The notes under the pieces: generated by a model
The model's input: only the letters and a program-made list of their open reading frames with translations
What the model was told of the DNA's origin: nothing
The model's database searches: none
Shown: piece by piece, positions 8,531-19,089 of the stretch
Position numbering within the stretch: the first letter of the stretch is position 1
Layout: every line of letters begins with the position of its first letter
Translations under genes and position numbers: made by a program
Source of the DNA: Candidatus Sericytochromatia bacterium
GTDB taxonomy: Bacteria > Cyanobacteriota > Sericytochromatia > S15B-MN24 > VGJW01
Direction: 5' to 3'
Length of the DNA: 64,000 nucleotides
Assembly: GCA_035285865.1 (NCBI GenBank)
Contig: JAYKHS010000003.1
Location: forward strand, 32,001 to 96,000

Positions 8531-10360
8531 TCACTTGACGGTGCTGCTGCGGGACAGGAGCACGAGGAGCCATGTTCCCAGTACCCCTGCCGCCCCGAAT
8601 GTCACGAAGGACAGAGCCGGCAGACCGAGAATGCGAGGACCATGCTCAAGCCCGGCGAGACCTGAGCCGGCAATCAGCAGACCGGCGACGAGCCAGCCCA
8701 GCGTCAGGCGGTTGCCTATTCCGGTCAGCGTCCGTTCGAAGCGCCGCATGTCGCGAACATCGGTCTCGATGCGAATCTGACCCGAGTTGAGCTGTGCGAG
8801 CAGGTCGTCGAGACGCCTCGGGCTGCGCACGAGGACGTTGCGGACATCCAGCGCGAAGCGCATGAACTCGGGCCCCCTGAGCAGGCCGGTGAACTGCCCC
8901 CGCACGATGCCACGGATGAAGGGTTCTGCAACCTTGACCAGCATGTAGTCAGGATCCAGCTGGCGACAGATGCCCTCCAGAGTCACGAGCACGCGGCTGA
9001 TCAGCAGGAAGCTGGTCGGCATTCGGACGCGATAGCGTCCCATCAGCTCGAGCACGCGCTGCATCAGCTTGCCCATCTGGACCTCGGAAGACGGTCGTCC
9101 CAGGAACTCACGCAGCAGATGGTCCAACGAAACGGTAAGGGCCTGCCGATCCACGCGCCCCTGAGGATGCCCGTACTCGAGGATGCGCTCCGTCGCCCGG
9201 GCCGCATCGAACTGGATCATGGCGAGGAAGAAGTCCACGAGGATCTCCCGCGACCGGGGGTCTGTCCGCCCCACCATGCCGAAGTCGATGAGCAGCAGAC
9301 CCGGCAGGCGTCCCGCCCCGCGATCGGCAAACATGACATTGCCCGGATGCGGATCGGCGTGAAAGAGCCCGTCGACGAAGATCTGGCGCAGGAAACATGT
9401 GGTGATCAGCGCCGCGAGCCGGCGACGCTGCTCTAGCGGCATGGCGACATCAGCGGGCGTGCCGTCCGCCCTGGGGAACAGGACGGAAATCTTGGCACCC
9501 GTCAGGAACTCCTGAGCCTGCAGCCGGCGCGACGTATAGGCCCGAATGATCCGTGGCGTGCGGACGTCCTCGCCCGTTTCGGCAAGGCTGCGGCCGATCT
9601 CCTCCGTATTCGCCGCCTCCTTGGTGAAGTCCAACTCGGCCATCAGTACCGCGGCGAACTCGGAGGCGAGCCCCTCGACATCGTTCCACTGGCCCCAATG
9701 GGTCCTGGCCGCAATCAGTCGGGCAAAGTCCTGCAGGACGGCCATGTCGGCCTCGACCATCACGTCGATGCCGGGCCGCTGGACCTTGACGATGACCGGA
9801 AGCAGACGGCCTTCCTCCGTCACGGTTGCGCGATAGACCTGCCCCAGAGAACCGCAGGCGATCGGAGTCGTGTCGAAGGTCGGGAAGATGTCATGTACTG
9901 TCCGGGGCCTCACCGCATCCGGATGCAGCGTCATCCACTCTTCGATGATGACCTGCTCGATCTCGCGCCACGGGGCGGGCGGAACCTGCTCCTGAAGCTT
10001 GGCCAGCTCGTCGATGTAGGGCTGGGGGAGGAGATCGGCACGCGTGGACAACACCTGACCCAGCTTGACGTAGGTCGGTCCCAACTCGATGAGAATCTGC
10101 CGCAGGACCGAAGGCAGCGGAAGGGTCGGATCGTGCTCGGTCTCGGCCTCGCCCTCGTCTTCCTCCCGTTGCCGCCGGACCAGGAACGAAGACATCTGGA
10201 TCTGCTGGCGCAAGCCGGCAGGCAGCACCTCGAGCAGCGAGAGACGAAGCAGCAGCACGTCCCAGCCGTAGCGCGCGAGCGTCGAGGCGATCTCGGCCCG
10301 TCGCTGGTTGGCATTGGGCGGGCCTGACGCCTGCCTGGCCGTGCGCGTGGGGTCGGACAT
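8531..10360 (-). CDS. ABC1/UbiB (AarF) atypical protein kinase
   Basis: LGPTYVKLGQVLSTR, IACGSLGQVY, VKVQRP, FHADPHPGN, DFGMVG; two C-terminal TM helices. Confidence 0.92.
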   Translation of the reverse strand: MSDPTRTARQASGPPNANQRRAEIASTLARYGWDVLLLRLSLLEVLPAGLRQQIQMSSFLVRRQREEDEGEAETEHDPTLPLPSVLRQILIELGPTYVKLGQVLSTRADLLPQPYIDELAKLQEQVPPAPWREIEQVIIEEWMTLHPDAVRPRTVHDIFPTFDTTPIACGSLGQVYRATVTEEGRLLPVIVKVQRPGIDVMVEADMAVLQDFARLIAARTHWGQWNDVEGLASEFAAVLMAELDFTKEAANTEEIGRSLAETGEDVRTPRIIRAYTSRRLQAQEFLTGAKISVLFPRADGTPADVAMPLEQRRRLAALITTCFLRQIFVDGLFHADPHPGNVMFADRGAGRLPGLLLIDFGMVGRTDPRSREILVDFFLAMIQFDAARATERILEYGHPQGRVDRQALTVSLDHLLREFLGRPSSEVQMGKLMQRVLELMGRYRVRMPTSFLLISRVLVTLEGICRQLDPDYMLVKVAEPFIRGIVRGQFTGLLRGPEFMRFALDVRNVLVRSPRRLDDLLAQLNSGQIRIETDVRDMRRFERTLTGIGNRLTLGWLVAGLLIAGSGLAGLEHGPRILGLPALSFVTFGAAGVLGTWLLVLLSRSSTVK

Positions 10361-10405
10361 CGTCGGACCGTCAGCGTCGATCGGCGGGACAGGGCATGAC
10401 CCATT

Positions 10406-11635
10406 CTACCGCCTTCCGTCAGCCGGGGCAGTGGTCCACAGCGGCAAACCGGCCCCGAACCAGGCGTCTGGCCCGGGTGGCCCCAGATCCACCCGATACC
10501 GCCCGAGCTCCCGTCCGAGCTCCGCCGCCCCGAGCGTCGGCTGACGGGCCAGCAGTCGGGCTGCCAGTCCCGCAACATGCGGTGCGGCCATCGAGGTGCC
10601 CATCATCCCGCCGTCGCGCGTCTGCGGGCTGGGGGAGCCAAGGTCCGACGCCACCACGTGGGTCGGCCAGGCGGACCAGACAGGCACGCCCGCATCACCG
10701 CCCGGCGCCACGAAGGCGAGCCCCGGTCCGCGATTCGAGTAGGCCGCAAGCCCCTCGTCGGCCGTGGTTGCGCCGACGGCGAGGACCTCGGGCAGGCAGG
10801 CGGGAAAGTCGAGGCCCCGACCGCGGTTCCCCGCAGCAGCAACCACGACGATGCCGGCTGCGGTCGCCGCCCGCAGAGCCTGTCCCAGGCGCTCGGACAT
10901 GGTCCGGCCCCCGATCGAGAGGTTGAGGATACGCACACGCGCACCGGAGCCATCCCGCCACGATGTCGCGGCGTCGACAGCACGGGCGATGCGCTCGTCC
11001 TCGCCGGATCCCGACATGTCCATGGCCTTGATCGGCAGAATCCGGATGCTCGCGGTCCCGGCCACCGAGGCGAGGATGCCGGCGACGTGGGTTCCGTGCC
11101 CATTGCCGTCACGCCCGGTGTAGGTCACGGGTGGCTGTCGGTCCCGGACCACCTCTTCCCCGACGAAGTCGAGGCCCGGCAGCACCAAACCGGCCAAGGC
11201 AGGATGGCGATCATCCACGCCGGTATCGAGGACCCCCACGACCACCGGGCTGCGGATGCCCCGGGAAGCCTTTCGCTCGTCCTCGGCAAGTCCCAGCATC
11301 TCGAGGTTCCACCCAAGGGCACCCCGTCGTCTCGCCTCCCCGAAATCGGCCTGCACGCGATATCCGGAGAGAGTCCAGCGATCCCCGGGACGGGGCCAGC
11401 TGGCCCCGCCCCGGACGCCGTCCGACCCGCCCCCGGACGGCACGTCCAGCCCGCAGGCGGTAGTCATCAGGACCATCGCTCCGCCGGGAAGGACGGCCCG
11501 GACAAACCGCGACAGGAAGCAAGGTTCCACGGCGCGTGCCCTCCACGAACGCATCGTCACACCGAGGGGGGCGCACCCCATCGCCCATCGTCGACAAATC
11601 TCCATGGCCGGTCTGTCCGGAGTGACGAAAGGCAC
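10406..11635 (-). CDS. S8 subtilisin-like serine protease, probable lipoprotein (start uncertain)
   Basis: VLDTG, HGTHVAG, AAAGN, GTSMAAPHVAG; lipobox-like TTAC. Confidence 0.88.
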   Translation of the reverse strand: MPFVTPDRPAMEICRRWAMGCAPLGVTMRSWRARAVEPCFLSRFVRAVLPGGAMVLMTTACGLDVPSGGGSDGVRGGASWPRPGDRWTLSGYRVQADFGEARRRGALGWNLEMLGLAEDERKASRGIRSPVVVGVLDTGVDDRHPALAGLVLPGLDFVGEEVVRDRQPPVTYTGRDGNGHGTHVAGILASVAGTASIRILPIKAMDMSGSGEDERIARAVDAATSWRDGSGARVRILNLSIGGRTMSERLGQALRAATAAGIVVVAAAGNRGRGLDFPACLPEVLAVGATTADEGLAAYSNRGPGLAFVAPGGDAGVPVWSAWPTHVVASDLGSPSPQTRDGGMMGTSMAAPHVAGLAARLLARQPTLGAAELGRELGRYRVDLGPPGPDAWFGAGLPLWTTAPADGRR

Positions 11636-11709
11636 CGAGCCGGAACCGGAGCGGCAGGTAACCTCCTACCAGACCGGCGTTCCCGACCCACGGCCGCCGA
11701 GCCTACCCC

Positions 11710-12423
11710 ATGACCTCGACAGCGGTGGCCACAGCCATCGGGCACCTTCGTGCCCGGATGACCCGAGCTGCCGCCGGCGCAGGTCGTGATCCGGGTGCGC
11801 TCGAGATCGTGGCGGTAACCAAGGGAGTTGGCGTGGATCGGATACGCGAGGCTTTGGCCTGCGGCATTCGCAGCTTGGGAGAGAACAGGGTGCAGGAAGC
11901 TTGCCTGAAGCAGGAGCTCCTCGGGGACGACGTTCCCGAGTGGCACCTGATCGGGCCGCTGCAGGCCAACAAGGTCAACAAGGCCGTCGGCCGATTCACC
12001 TTGCTCCACGGCATCGACAGCACGGACCTGGTCACGCGCATCGGGCGCCGCGCCACCCAGTTGGGCCTGACCCAGCGGCTGCTGTTGCAAATCAACACCG
12101 CCCGCGACCCGCGCAAGGCTGGATTCGCACCCGAGGAAGCCGCATCGGCCATCGAGATGGCACGCGGGACCGAGGGGGTTTCCCTCGATGGCTTCATGGC
12201 GCTTGCGTCTCAGGACGCATCCGAAGCGGAGGTCCGCAGGACCTTCCGCGAACTGCGCGAACTGCGCGACCACCTCGCGCCCGAAGGGTCCATCCTCTCG
12301 ATGGGCATGTCGGGCGATTTCGAACTGGCGATTCAGGAAGGGGCAACCCACCTTCGCATCGGCAGTGGCATCTTCGGGCAAAGGCCCACATCACAGCAGG
12401 AGGCAGATGCGAACCATGGGTGA
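11710..12423 (+). CDS. yggS: PLP homeostasis protein YggS/PipY
   Basis: VAVTK, GENRVQE, WHLIGPLQANK, LSMGMSGD, RIGSGIFG. Confidence 0.95.
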   Translation: MTSTAVATAIGHLRARMTRAAAGAGRDPGALEIVAVTKGVGVDRIREALACGIRSLGENRVQEACLKQELLGDDVPEWHLIGPLQANKVNKAVGRFTLLHGIDSTDLVTRIGRRATQLGLTQRLLLQINTARDPRKAGFAPEEAASAIEMARGTEGVSLDGFMALASQDASEAEVRRTFRELRELRDHLAPEGSILSMGMSGDFELAIQEGATHLRIGSGIFGQRPTSQQEADANHG

Positions 12424-12874
12424 CGGACTCAAGAACTTCATGCGGGACTTCTTCGGCGTCGAGCAGGATACGCCCGAAGGCCCCGGGAGTGAACAACTCG
12501 GGGGAGCGGTCGACAACACCGTGCCCTTCATCCGGCCGGCCAGCCGGTCTGTCGATCACGAGATGCTCGTCGTCGAACCCCTATCTTTCGAGGAAGCGCC
12601 GGCACTGATCTCCGAGATCAAGTCCCGTCGTTCCCTGCTCATCAACCTGCACCTGATGCCCGGCGATCAGCACCAGCGTCTCGTCGACTTGCTGACCGGT
12701 GCCATCGTGGCCCTCGACGGTCAGAGCCAGCGCATCAGCAAGGACATCTTCACCTTCGTTCCGTCCAACGTGAACCTCGCTGCCGCGCCCCGCGGGCAGC
12801 AGACCTGGAACCAGCCCCCCGCTGCGGGCGCCGGCCAGCAGATTCCAGCGCACTACGTCCACAGCGCCGTCTAG
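12416..12874 (+). CDS. sepF: Cell division protein SepF
   Basis: EPLSFEEA...LINL...QRLVDLLTGAIVALDG..QRIS..IF.FVPSNV; follows yggS. Alternative ATG at 12407. Confidence 0.88.
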   Translation: MGDGLKNFMRDFFGVEQDTPEGPGSEQLGGAVDNTVPFIRPASRSVDHEMLVVEPLSFEEAPALISEIKSRRSLLINLHLMPGDQHQRLVDLLTGAIVALDGQSQRISKDIFTFVPSNVNLAAAPRGQQTWNQPPAAGAGQQIPAHYVHSAV

Positions 12875-12977
12875 GACTTCCGCCAGGGCCGGCCGGCCCC
12901 TCGCCGTTCAGAACGCGACGGACGAGGGAGACCGGCCGGCCCTGGTGTATGCTGGACCCCATATGCACGAAGCACGC

Positions 12978-13802
12978 ATGAAGGGCCCGTGGCATCTGGC
13001 CTTCGTGGGCGGTGGCACCATGGCAGAGGCCCTCATCAAGGGCCTCGTGGCGCGCGGCGTCCATGAACCGGCACGCCTGCTGGTCGCAGACCCGTTGCCG
13101 AGCAGGTTGGCCCACCTCGCGCAGACCTATGATGTCGCGACCACGCAGGACAACAGGGACTGCCTCGGGGCGGACGCGGTCCTTCTGGCCGTGAAACCCG
13201 CGCAGCTCCCCCTCGTGATGCACCAACTGGCTCCGCACTGGCCGGCCTCGGTGCCTGGCCTGTCGATCGTGGCCGGTGCCAGACTGGACCAGTTGGCGGC
13301 CTACTTCCCCGATGCCGTCCCCCCTCTGGTCCGCGCCATGCCGAATACATGCGCGACGATCGGCCAGGGCATCACGTCCGTGGCGTGGACGACCGGCACC
13401 GAGACCTCGGTGCAGCAGGCAGCCAAGGCCATCTTCGACAGCGTTGGCGAGACGGTGGAGCTTCCCGAGACCTACTTCGACGCCGTCACCGGGCTTTCGG
13501 GGAGTGGTCCGGCCTACGTGACCCTCATCATCGAGGCTTTGATCGATGCGGGCGTCCAGCAGGGCTTGCCGCGTCGCATCAGCCGGGAGCTGGTTTGCCA
13601 GACGGTCGCGGGCGCAGCCCTGCTGGTCAAGGCCTCGGGCATGCATCCGGCCGAACTCAAGGACCAGGTCGTCACGCCGGCCGGCACCACGGCGGCGGGC
13701 CTCCAAGTGCTCGAGGAAGCCGCCGTCCGAGCGACCTTCTGCCTGGCGGTCAAAGCAGCCACCGAACGTTCCCGGACCCTTGGCCAGGAGGCCACGCGAT
13801 GA
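12978..13802 (+). CDS. proC: Pyrroline-5-carboxylate reductase
   Basis: GGGTMAEA, LAVKP, RAMPNT, TGLSGSGPAY, VTPAGTT. Start could be 12963. Confidence 0.95.
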   Translation: MKGPWHLAFVGGGTMAEALIKGLVARGVHEPARLLVADPLPSRLAHLAQTYDVATTQDNRDCLGADAVLLAVKPAQLPLVMHQLAPHWPASVPGLSIVAGARLDQLAAYFPDAVPPLVRAMPNTCATIGQGITSVAWTTGTETSVQQAAKAIFDSVGETVELPETYFDAVTGLSGSGPAYVTLIIEALIDAGVQQGLPRRISRELVCQTVAGAALLVKASGMHPAELKDQVVTPAGTTAAGLQVLEEAAVRATFCLAVKAATERSRTLGQEATR

Positions 13803-14068
13803 CATCCGTGCTCGTCGATCTGCTCGACGTCGTCTATAACGTATGGAGCATCCTACTGCTCGTCTGGGTGGTGATGAGCTGGGTCCCGAACGTGGATCGG
13901 AGCCATCCCCTCGTCAACGGCATCAGCCGCGTCATCGAGCCGGCTCTGGCGCCATTCCGCAAGCTGGTGCCCGGCATGGGCCCGATCGACATCTCGCCGC
14001 TGATCGCGATGGCGGCCTACCAGGTCATCTACCAGGTCTTGCGACGTCTGCTGACCACAGGGTTCTGA
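13799..14068 (+). CDS. yggT: YggT family membrane protein
   Basis: MSWVPN...EPALAPFRKLVPGMGPIDISPLIA; ATGA overlap with proC. Confidence 0.9.
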   Translation: MTSVLVDLLDVVYNVWSILLLVWVVMSWVPNVDRSHPLVNGISRVIEPALAPFRKLVPGMGPIDISPLIAMAAYQVIYQVLRRLLTTGF

Positions 14069-14071
14069 CGT

Positions 14072-15031
14072 TCAGTCGTCCTCGCGCAGCCGCCAGGACA
14101 CGGCGGTACGCCACCACAACTCGGGTTCGGCAGCGTCGGCGCGTTTCCGCCACGTCAATCCGGTGACGGCCTGAGTGTGGTCGTCGGGTGCCGCGCCAAC
14201 CCCAATCCCGGCCTCCCAGGATGCCGAAGCCTCCGCGGCAGGCTGCGTGCCGCGCAACCCGCGACCCGACAGGACCACCCACGAACCCGTGGCCTGAGGC
14301 GCGGCGTCGCCCGTCCACCACAAGCGGAGTTCCGCCTGGCCGGCAACGTCGATACCGACGGCCGCAGAGGACGAGGCGCCACCCGAGAGGTGCCACGAGA
14401 CCGGGCCGACGTGGTCATGCACCATGGCCATGACCTGCTGATCATCCGCGAAGTTGAATCTTCCCCCTAATGCCCACGTCCCGAGTCCGGGCACACGCGC
14501 CCGCAGGCGTCCATGCAGCGCGGGGCCTCGCCCCCAGTAGGCCGGGACGATCGGCCCCGGCCTGCTGCCGGCACCGCCCAGCCAGCCCTCCGAGGCCACG
14601 GCGGCCACGGCGGCGCCAATCTCGGCGCCATCCGCATCACCCAGGTCAAGAGCGGTCGAGGCCCCCAGGCCCGCCGGCTCGAGCAGCCCCGAAGCCCCCA
14701 TCAATCCGCCCGGGAACCACTGCCCGAAGGAGGTACGGTCTTCCAGTTCCTGCCACGGCAGGCGCACCTGCCCTCCGGAAACGGCAAGACGGCCCGCCGG
14801 ACGCCACGTCACCGAGGCCTCGCGGATTCCGACGCCCTGACGGCCTGCGGTCTCGGCAGGCAGGACGCCCAGCACCACCTTGCCGTCCAGGCCGGGCAGC
14901 AGCGTGACGCCCACCCCGCCACGCAGGGCCGGCGTGAGGACCTGCGGTGCCTGGGAAGCCGTGGAGGGCGATGGCGGCAGGGACAGGTAGCCCACGTCGA
15001 TACGGGCAACGGGCTGCAGATCGAACGCCAT
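14072..15031 (-). CDS. Hypothetical protein, possible outer-membrane beta-barrel
   Basis: Alternating beta-strand pattern, IREASVTW...GGQVRLPW porin-like segment, terminal WRTAVSWRL; ATG overlaps the upstream TGA. Confidence 0.5.
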   Translation of the reverse strand: MAFDLQPVARIDVGYLSLPPSPSTASQAPQVLTPALRGGVGVTLLPGLDGKVVLGVLPAETAGRQGVGIREASVTWRPAGRLAVSGGQVRLPWQELEDRTSFGQWFPGGLMGASGLLEPAGLGASTALDLGDADGAEIGAAVAAVASEGWLGGAGSRPGPIVPAYWGRGPALHGRLRARVPGLGTWALGGRFNFADDQQVMAMVHDHVGPVSWHLSGGASSSAAVGIDVAGQAELRLWWTGDAAPQATGSWVVLSGRGLRGTQPAAEASASWEAGIGVGAAPDDHTQAVTGLTWRKRADAAEPELWWRTAVSWRLREDD

Positions 15032-16326
15032 CAGGGGTACAGGTGCACCTTCCGCCAATGTGGCTCATGGGCTGCAAGGCCCGCGGTCCAAGCCTCCAGC
15101 AAGGCACCGGCGGGCCGGCCCTCGGACAGGCCCTTCCTGAGGCGGTCGGTTCCCGCCATGCGGTCGAAGCCTCGGCTCTCCAGACCCAGCGCATCCCCAT
15201 GGCGCTTGCGAATCCAGGCCAAGGCATGCACCGCAAGCGTCACGGGACGGAATCGGCGGGCGTCCGTCACCTCGAGCACCACGGCCTCGAACGGCGTCGC
15301 CGCGGCCTCACGGTCGAGGGCTCGCGGGCCCGGCGCGGAGGTCCACAGATCCCGCGTCCGCAGGGTGCCCGCCGGCAGAACACGCACCGTGACCGCGACG
15401 CCGGGCAGGGCCAGTCCGGCCAGATGGTCCCCGAGTCCCCGTACATCCAGCCAAGGCGCCGCCCACGCGGTGAACGGCCGATCACCCACGCGGACATCGA
15501 CTCGCGTGGCCTCGAAGAAACATGCTCCGGGATAGAGCAAGGCGGACTCCATCGAGGTCATCGCCGGGCTGGGCGAGGTCCAGGCACGGTCCAGATCCGA
15601 CCACAGGTCCCGACGCCGCAGGCCCTCGACAGGTACGATCTCGAGCTGCCCGCCGACCTCGGCATGGAACCAGCGCGCAAGCTCCCCGAGCGTCAGACCG
15701 TGCCGCACGGCCACGGTAGCCGGCCCCGTGAAGGACAGGAAGGCCGGTTCCAGCACGCCACCCTCCACGACCTCCCCCCCGAGCGGGTTCGGGCGATCGA
15801 GCACGATGGTGCGCAGGCCCCGATCAGCGGCCGCCTCCATGACCTTCCGCAAGGTTGCGCCGTAGGTGTAGAAGCGTGCGCCCACGTCCTGCAAGTCGAC
15901 AACCAGCGCATCGAGGCCGGCGAGATCCTCGGCCGAGGGCTTCAGCCGAGAACCATACAGGCTTCGGACAGGCAACGACTGCGTGCCCGTCGGCGTCGGC
16001 ATGACCACCTGGCCATCCTGGATGCGCCCCTGCAAGGCGGCGTCCAGACCGTGCTCGGGCGTGAAGAGGCGCACCACCTGCCACGGGCCCCTGGCCACCA
16101 GCGCCAGCACATCTCGCTCCCCCGAACGTGTCACGGCGGCTCCGTGGGTGACGAGGCCGACCTTGAGACCGGCTGGCTGGGGCCACATCCCTTCAAGGAC
16201 GCGTTCCGCTCCGGTCCGGATGATGCGGTCGGGCGCTGGTGCCGCGCCGGCGACGATCCCGTGAACCAGCAGCCCGAGCAGCCACGGCCGCACCGCCCGG
16301 AAAGCGCTCATCCTGCCGGCTGACAA
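15031..16326 (-). CDS. namZ: Exo-beta-N-acetylmuramidase NamZ-like (DUF1343/YbbC)
   Basis: KVGLVT, LFTPEHG, SLYG, DLQDVGARFYTY, LDRPNPLGG, RHGLTLGELA. Confidence 0.85.
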   Translation of the reverse strand: MSAGRMSAFRAVRPWLLGLLVHGIVAGAAPAPDRIIRTGAERVLEGMWPQPAGLKVGLVTHGAAVTRSGERDVLALVARGPWQVVRLFTPEHGLDAALQGRIQDGQVVMPTPTGTQSLPVRSLYGSRLKPSAEDLAGLDALVVDLQDVGARFYTYGATLRKVMEAAADRGLRTIVLDRPNPLGGEVVEGGVLEPAFLSFTGPATVAVRHGLTLGELARWFHAEVGGQLEIVPVEGLRRRDLWSDLDRAWTSPSPAMTSMESALLYPGACFFEATRVDVRVGDRPFTAWAAPWLDVRGLGDHLAGLALPGVAVTVRVLPAGTLRTRDLWTSAPGPRALDREAAATPFEAVVLEVTDARRFRPVTLAVHALAWIRKRHGDALGLESRGFDRMAGTDRLRKGLSEGRPAGALLEAWTAGLAAHEPHWRKVHLYP

Positions 16327-16329
16327 GGG

Positions 16330-18987
16330 TTAGGCCTCGAGCAACTGGAGACGCCTGACGAGGGCACGTTCCTGGTCGGCGACCTCGGTGGCCCGGTGAC
16401 GGAGCTTGTCGACCACGGCGACGGGGGCCTTCGAAACGAAAGCCTCGTTCGCCAACTGGCCGGCCAGTCGGGCGGCTTCGGCCTTGGCAGCCTCCAACGC
16501 CTGACCGAGGCGCACACGCTCCTTGTCCAGGTCCAGCAAGCCGCCCAAGGGCAGATGCACCGTCACCCCCCGCACCACCACCGAGGCACTGCCTTGGCCA
16601 GGGAATGGCTCATCCTGGAAGGAGAGGGTCTCGGCACGCGCGAGCAAGGCCACGACTTCCGCCAAGGCCCGCAGCCCGGCCGTATCCGCCGATGCGCCCT
16701 CGACGACGAGGCGCTCGGCCTTCTTTGCGGGCGGCACGTCCAGCTCCTGACGCAAGGTCCGGACGGCACGCACGACCTCGATGGCCCGTTCGAACACCTC
16801 CTCGGCCTCGAGATCCCGCTGTCCTGCAGCGGGCCAACGGCGACGAAGCAGCGTGTCCACAGGCTCGGCCAGACCGGCGCGCACCATCTGGGCATGGACC
16901 TCCTCGGACAGGAAGGGCACGAAAGGATGCAGCAGGGCCAGAAGGTCGACGAGCACCCGGCGCAGCGTGGCCTGGGCTGCGAGGTCCCCGGCCCGCAGGC
17001 GCGGCTTGGCCGCCTCGAGCCACCAGTCGCAGAACTCGAACCACGCGAAGGTCTGCAACGCTTCGGTGGCCAGATGCAACTGGAAGCTCTCGAGCGCACG
17101 ATCCACCTGCTGGATGGTCCGGTCCAGGCAGGACAGGATCCAGCGGTCCTCGAGGGCAACGGACGGAGGCTGGGCGACGAGGCGCTCCCACGCTCCTGCA
17201 CCCTCGGGCAAGGACATCATCGAAAACCGGGCAGCATTCCAGACCTTGTTGCAGAAGTTGCGGGCCGCCTCGATCTTCTCGGGCATGAAGTTCACGTCCT
17301 GAGCGGCCGTGCCTGCCCCGGCCATCCACCATCGGCAGGCATCCGTGCCGTACTGTTCCATCATGTCCAGCGGGTCCACGCCCGTGCCCTTGGACTTGCT
17401 CATCCGCTTGCCGTCCCGGGTCATGATGGTGGCGTGGATGACCACGTCCCGGAAGGGCAGCTTGCCTGTAAGCTCAAGCGACATGAAGACCATCCTCGCG
17501 ACCCAGAGGGCCATGATGTCCCGGGCAGTCGAGAGCAGCTGGGCCGGGAAGTAATGGTCACCAGCAGGCGTTTGCTCCGGCCAGCCCTGTGTCGCGAAGG
17601 GCCACAGCGCGCTCGAGAACCAGGTGTCCAGCACGTCGGGGTCCTGAGTGACGGCTGCCCCGCAATCGGGACACGCCTCGAGGTCGTCGACCGAGGCGCG
17701 GACATGGCCTTCCGTGCAGGTGAACACCGGAATGCGATGGCCCCACCAGAGCTGTCGCGAGATGCACCAGTCCCGGACATTGCGCAACCAGTCGAGATAG
17801 ACGTCCCTCCAGCGCTCGGGGTGGAAGCGCAGTTCGCCGGATTCGGCGACGGCGATGGCCGGCCCGGCGAGATCGGCCATGCGCACCCACCACTGCTCCG
17901 AAAGCCGGGGCTCGATGACGGTGGCGCAGCGCTCGCAAGTGCCCACCTGATGGACATACGGCTCGCTGGCCACGAGCAGGCCTTCGCGCTCGAGTGCCGC
18001 GACGAAGCGAGCACGCGCCTCGAAACGGTCCGCACCAGCCCACGGTTCGCCGGTCCACTCCTCCATCCGACCGTCAGCCGTCAGGAGATCGAGCACCTCC
18101 AGTCCGTGACGTTGACCGATTTCCCAATCGTTGGGGTCGTGGGCCGGCGTCACCTTCAGGCCGCCGGTGCCGAACTCGGGATCGACGTAGGTGTCGGCAA
18201 TGACGGGCACCGTGCGGCCCGAGAGCGGCACACGCACGCGCCGGCCAAGCAAGGCGGCATGACGGGCATCCTCCGGATGCACCGCGACGGCCGTGTCCGC
18301 GAGGATGGTCTCAGGACGGACCGTCGCAATCTCGATGGCTCCGTCGCCGTCCTCAGCCACATAACGCACCCGGTAAAGGCGCCCCTCGCGCTCCTCGTGC
18401 TTGACCTCCAGATCGGAGAGGCTGGTCAGGCAACGCGGGCACCAGTTGATCATCCGCTTGCCGCGGAAGACCAGGCCCTTCTCGAAGAGCCGCACGAAGG
18501 CGGTGCGCACAGCCAGGCTGTAGGCCGGGTCCATCGTGAACTGCCAGCGATCGAAATCGAGCGATGCCCCCAGCCGACGGAACTGGTTGATGATCTGGTT
18601 GCCTGAGGCTTCCTTCCAATCCCAGACCCTTTCGAGGAAAGCCTCACGTCCCAGATCGTGCCGCGTCTTGCCTTCCTCGCGGTGCAACTTGCGCTCCACG
18701 ACCATTTGCGTGGAGATGCCAGCATGGTCCGTGCCCGGCTGCCAACGGACCACATGGCCCTTCATGCGCATGGAACGAGCCAGAACGTCCTGCAGCGTTC
18801 CGTTGACGGCGTGCCCCATGTGCAGGGCTCCCGTGACATTGGGGGGCGGACAAGGCGCAGTCCACGTCGGTCCCGCGGGGACGTCGGGGCTGGAAAATGC
18901 ACCCAGCTCCTGCCATCGCCCGAGCCAGAAGGACTCGACAGTCCCCGGTTCATAGGCCTTGGCCATCCCGGTCTCGACCTGCTCCAT
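16330..18987 (-). CDS. valS: Valine--tRNA ligase
   Basis: PPPNVTGALHMGH, DHAGISTQ, DWCISRQLWWGH, DTWFSS, RMSKSKG, C-terminal coiled coil. Confidence 0.97.
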   Translation of the reverse strand: MEQVETGMAKAYEPGTVESFWLGRWQELGAFSSPDVPAGPTWTAPCPPPNVTGALHMGHAVNGTLQDVLARSMRMKGHVVRWQPGTDHAGISTQMVVERKLHREEGKTRHDLGREAFLERVWDWKEASGNQIINQFRRLGASLDFDRWQFTMDPAYSLAVRTAFVRLFEKGLVFRGKRMINWCPRCLTSLSDLEVKHEEREGRLYRVRYVAEDGDGAIEIATVRPETILADTAVAVHPEDARHAALLGRRVRVPLSGRTVPVIADTYVDPEFGTGGLKVTPAHDPNDWEIGQRHGLEVLDLLTADGRMEEWTGEPWAGADRFEARARFVAALEREGLLVASEPYVHQVGTCERCATVIEPRLSEQWWVRMADLAGPAIAVAESGELRFHPERWRDVYLDWLRNVRDWCISRQLWWGHRIPVFTCTEGHVRASVDDLEACPDCGAAVTQDPDVLDTWFSSALWPFATQGWPEQTPAGDHYFPAQLLSTARDIMALWVARMVFMSLELTGKLPFRDVVIHATIMTRDGKRMSKSKGTGVDPLDMMEQYGTDACRWWMAGAGTAAQDVNFMPEKIEAARNFCNKVWNAARFSMMSLPEGAGAWERLVAQPPSVALEDRWILSCLDRTIQQVDRALESFQLHLATEALQTFAWFEFCDWWLEAAKPRLRAGDLAAQATLRRVLVDLLALLHPFVPFLSEEVHAQMVRAGLAEPVDTLLRRRWPAAGQRDLEAEEVFERAIEVVRAVRTLRQELDVPPAKKAERLVVEGASADTAGLRALAEVVALLARAETLSFQDEPFPGQGSASVVVRGVTVHLPLGGLLDLDKERVRLGQALEAAKAEAARLAGQLANEAFVSKAPVAVVDKLRHRATEVADQERALVRRLQLLEA

Positions 18988-19048
18988 CACGGCCTCCCCG
19001 CCCCAGCGCAAGGGGTCATGCTACCACGGCCCTGCCCCCCCAAAGCGC

Positions 19049-19074
19049 GACGGACCCTGCTGAGAGGGTCCGTC
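19049..19074 (-). terminator. Hairpin downstream of the 987-aa gene
   Basis: GACGGACCCT-GCTGAG-AGGGTCCGTC; weak U tract. Confidence 0.5.
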
Positions 19075-19089
19075 ACGGAGCGTCGTGGG

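Noticed and set aside
18988..19089. T-box leader upstream of valS
   Set aside because: Too short, and no T-box consensus; only a simple hairpin.
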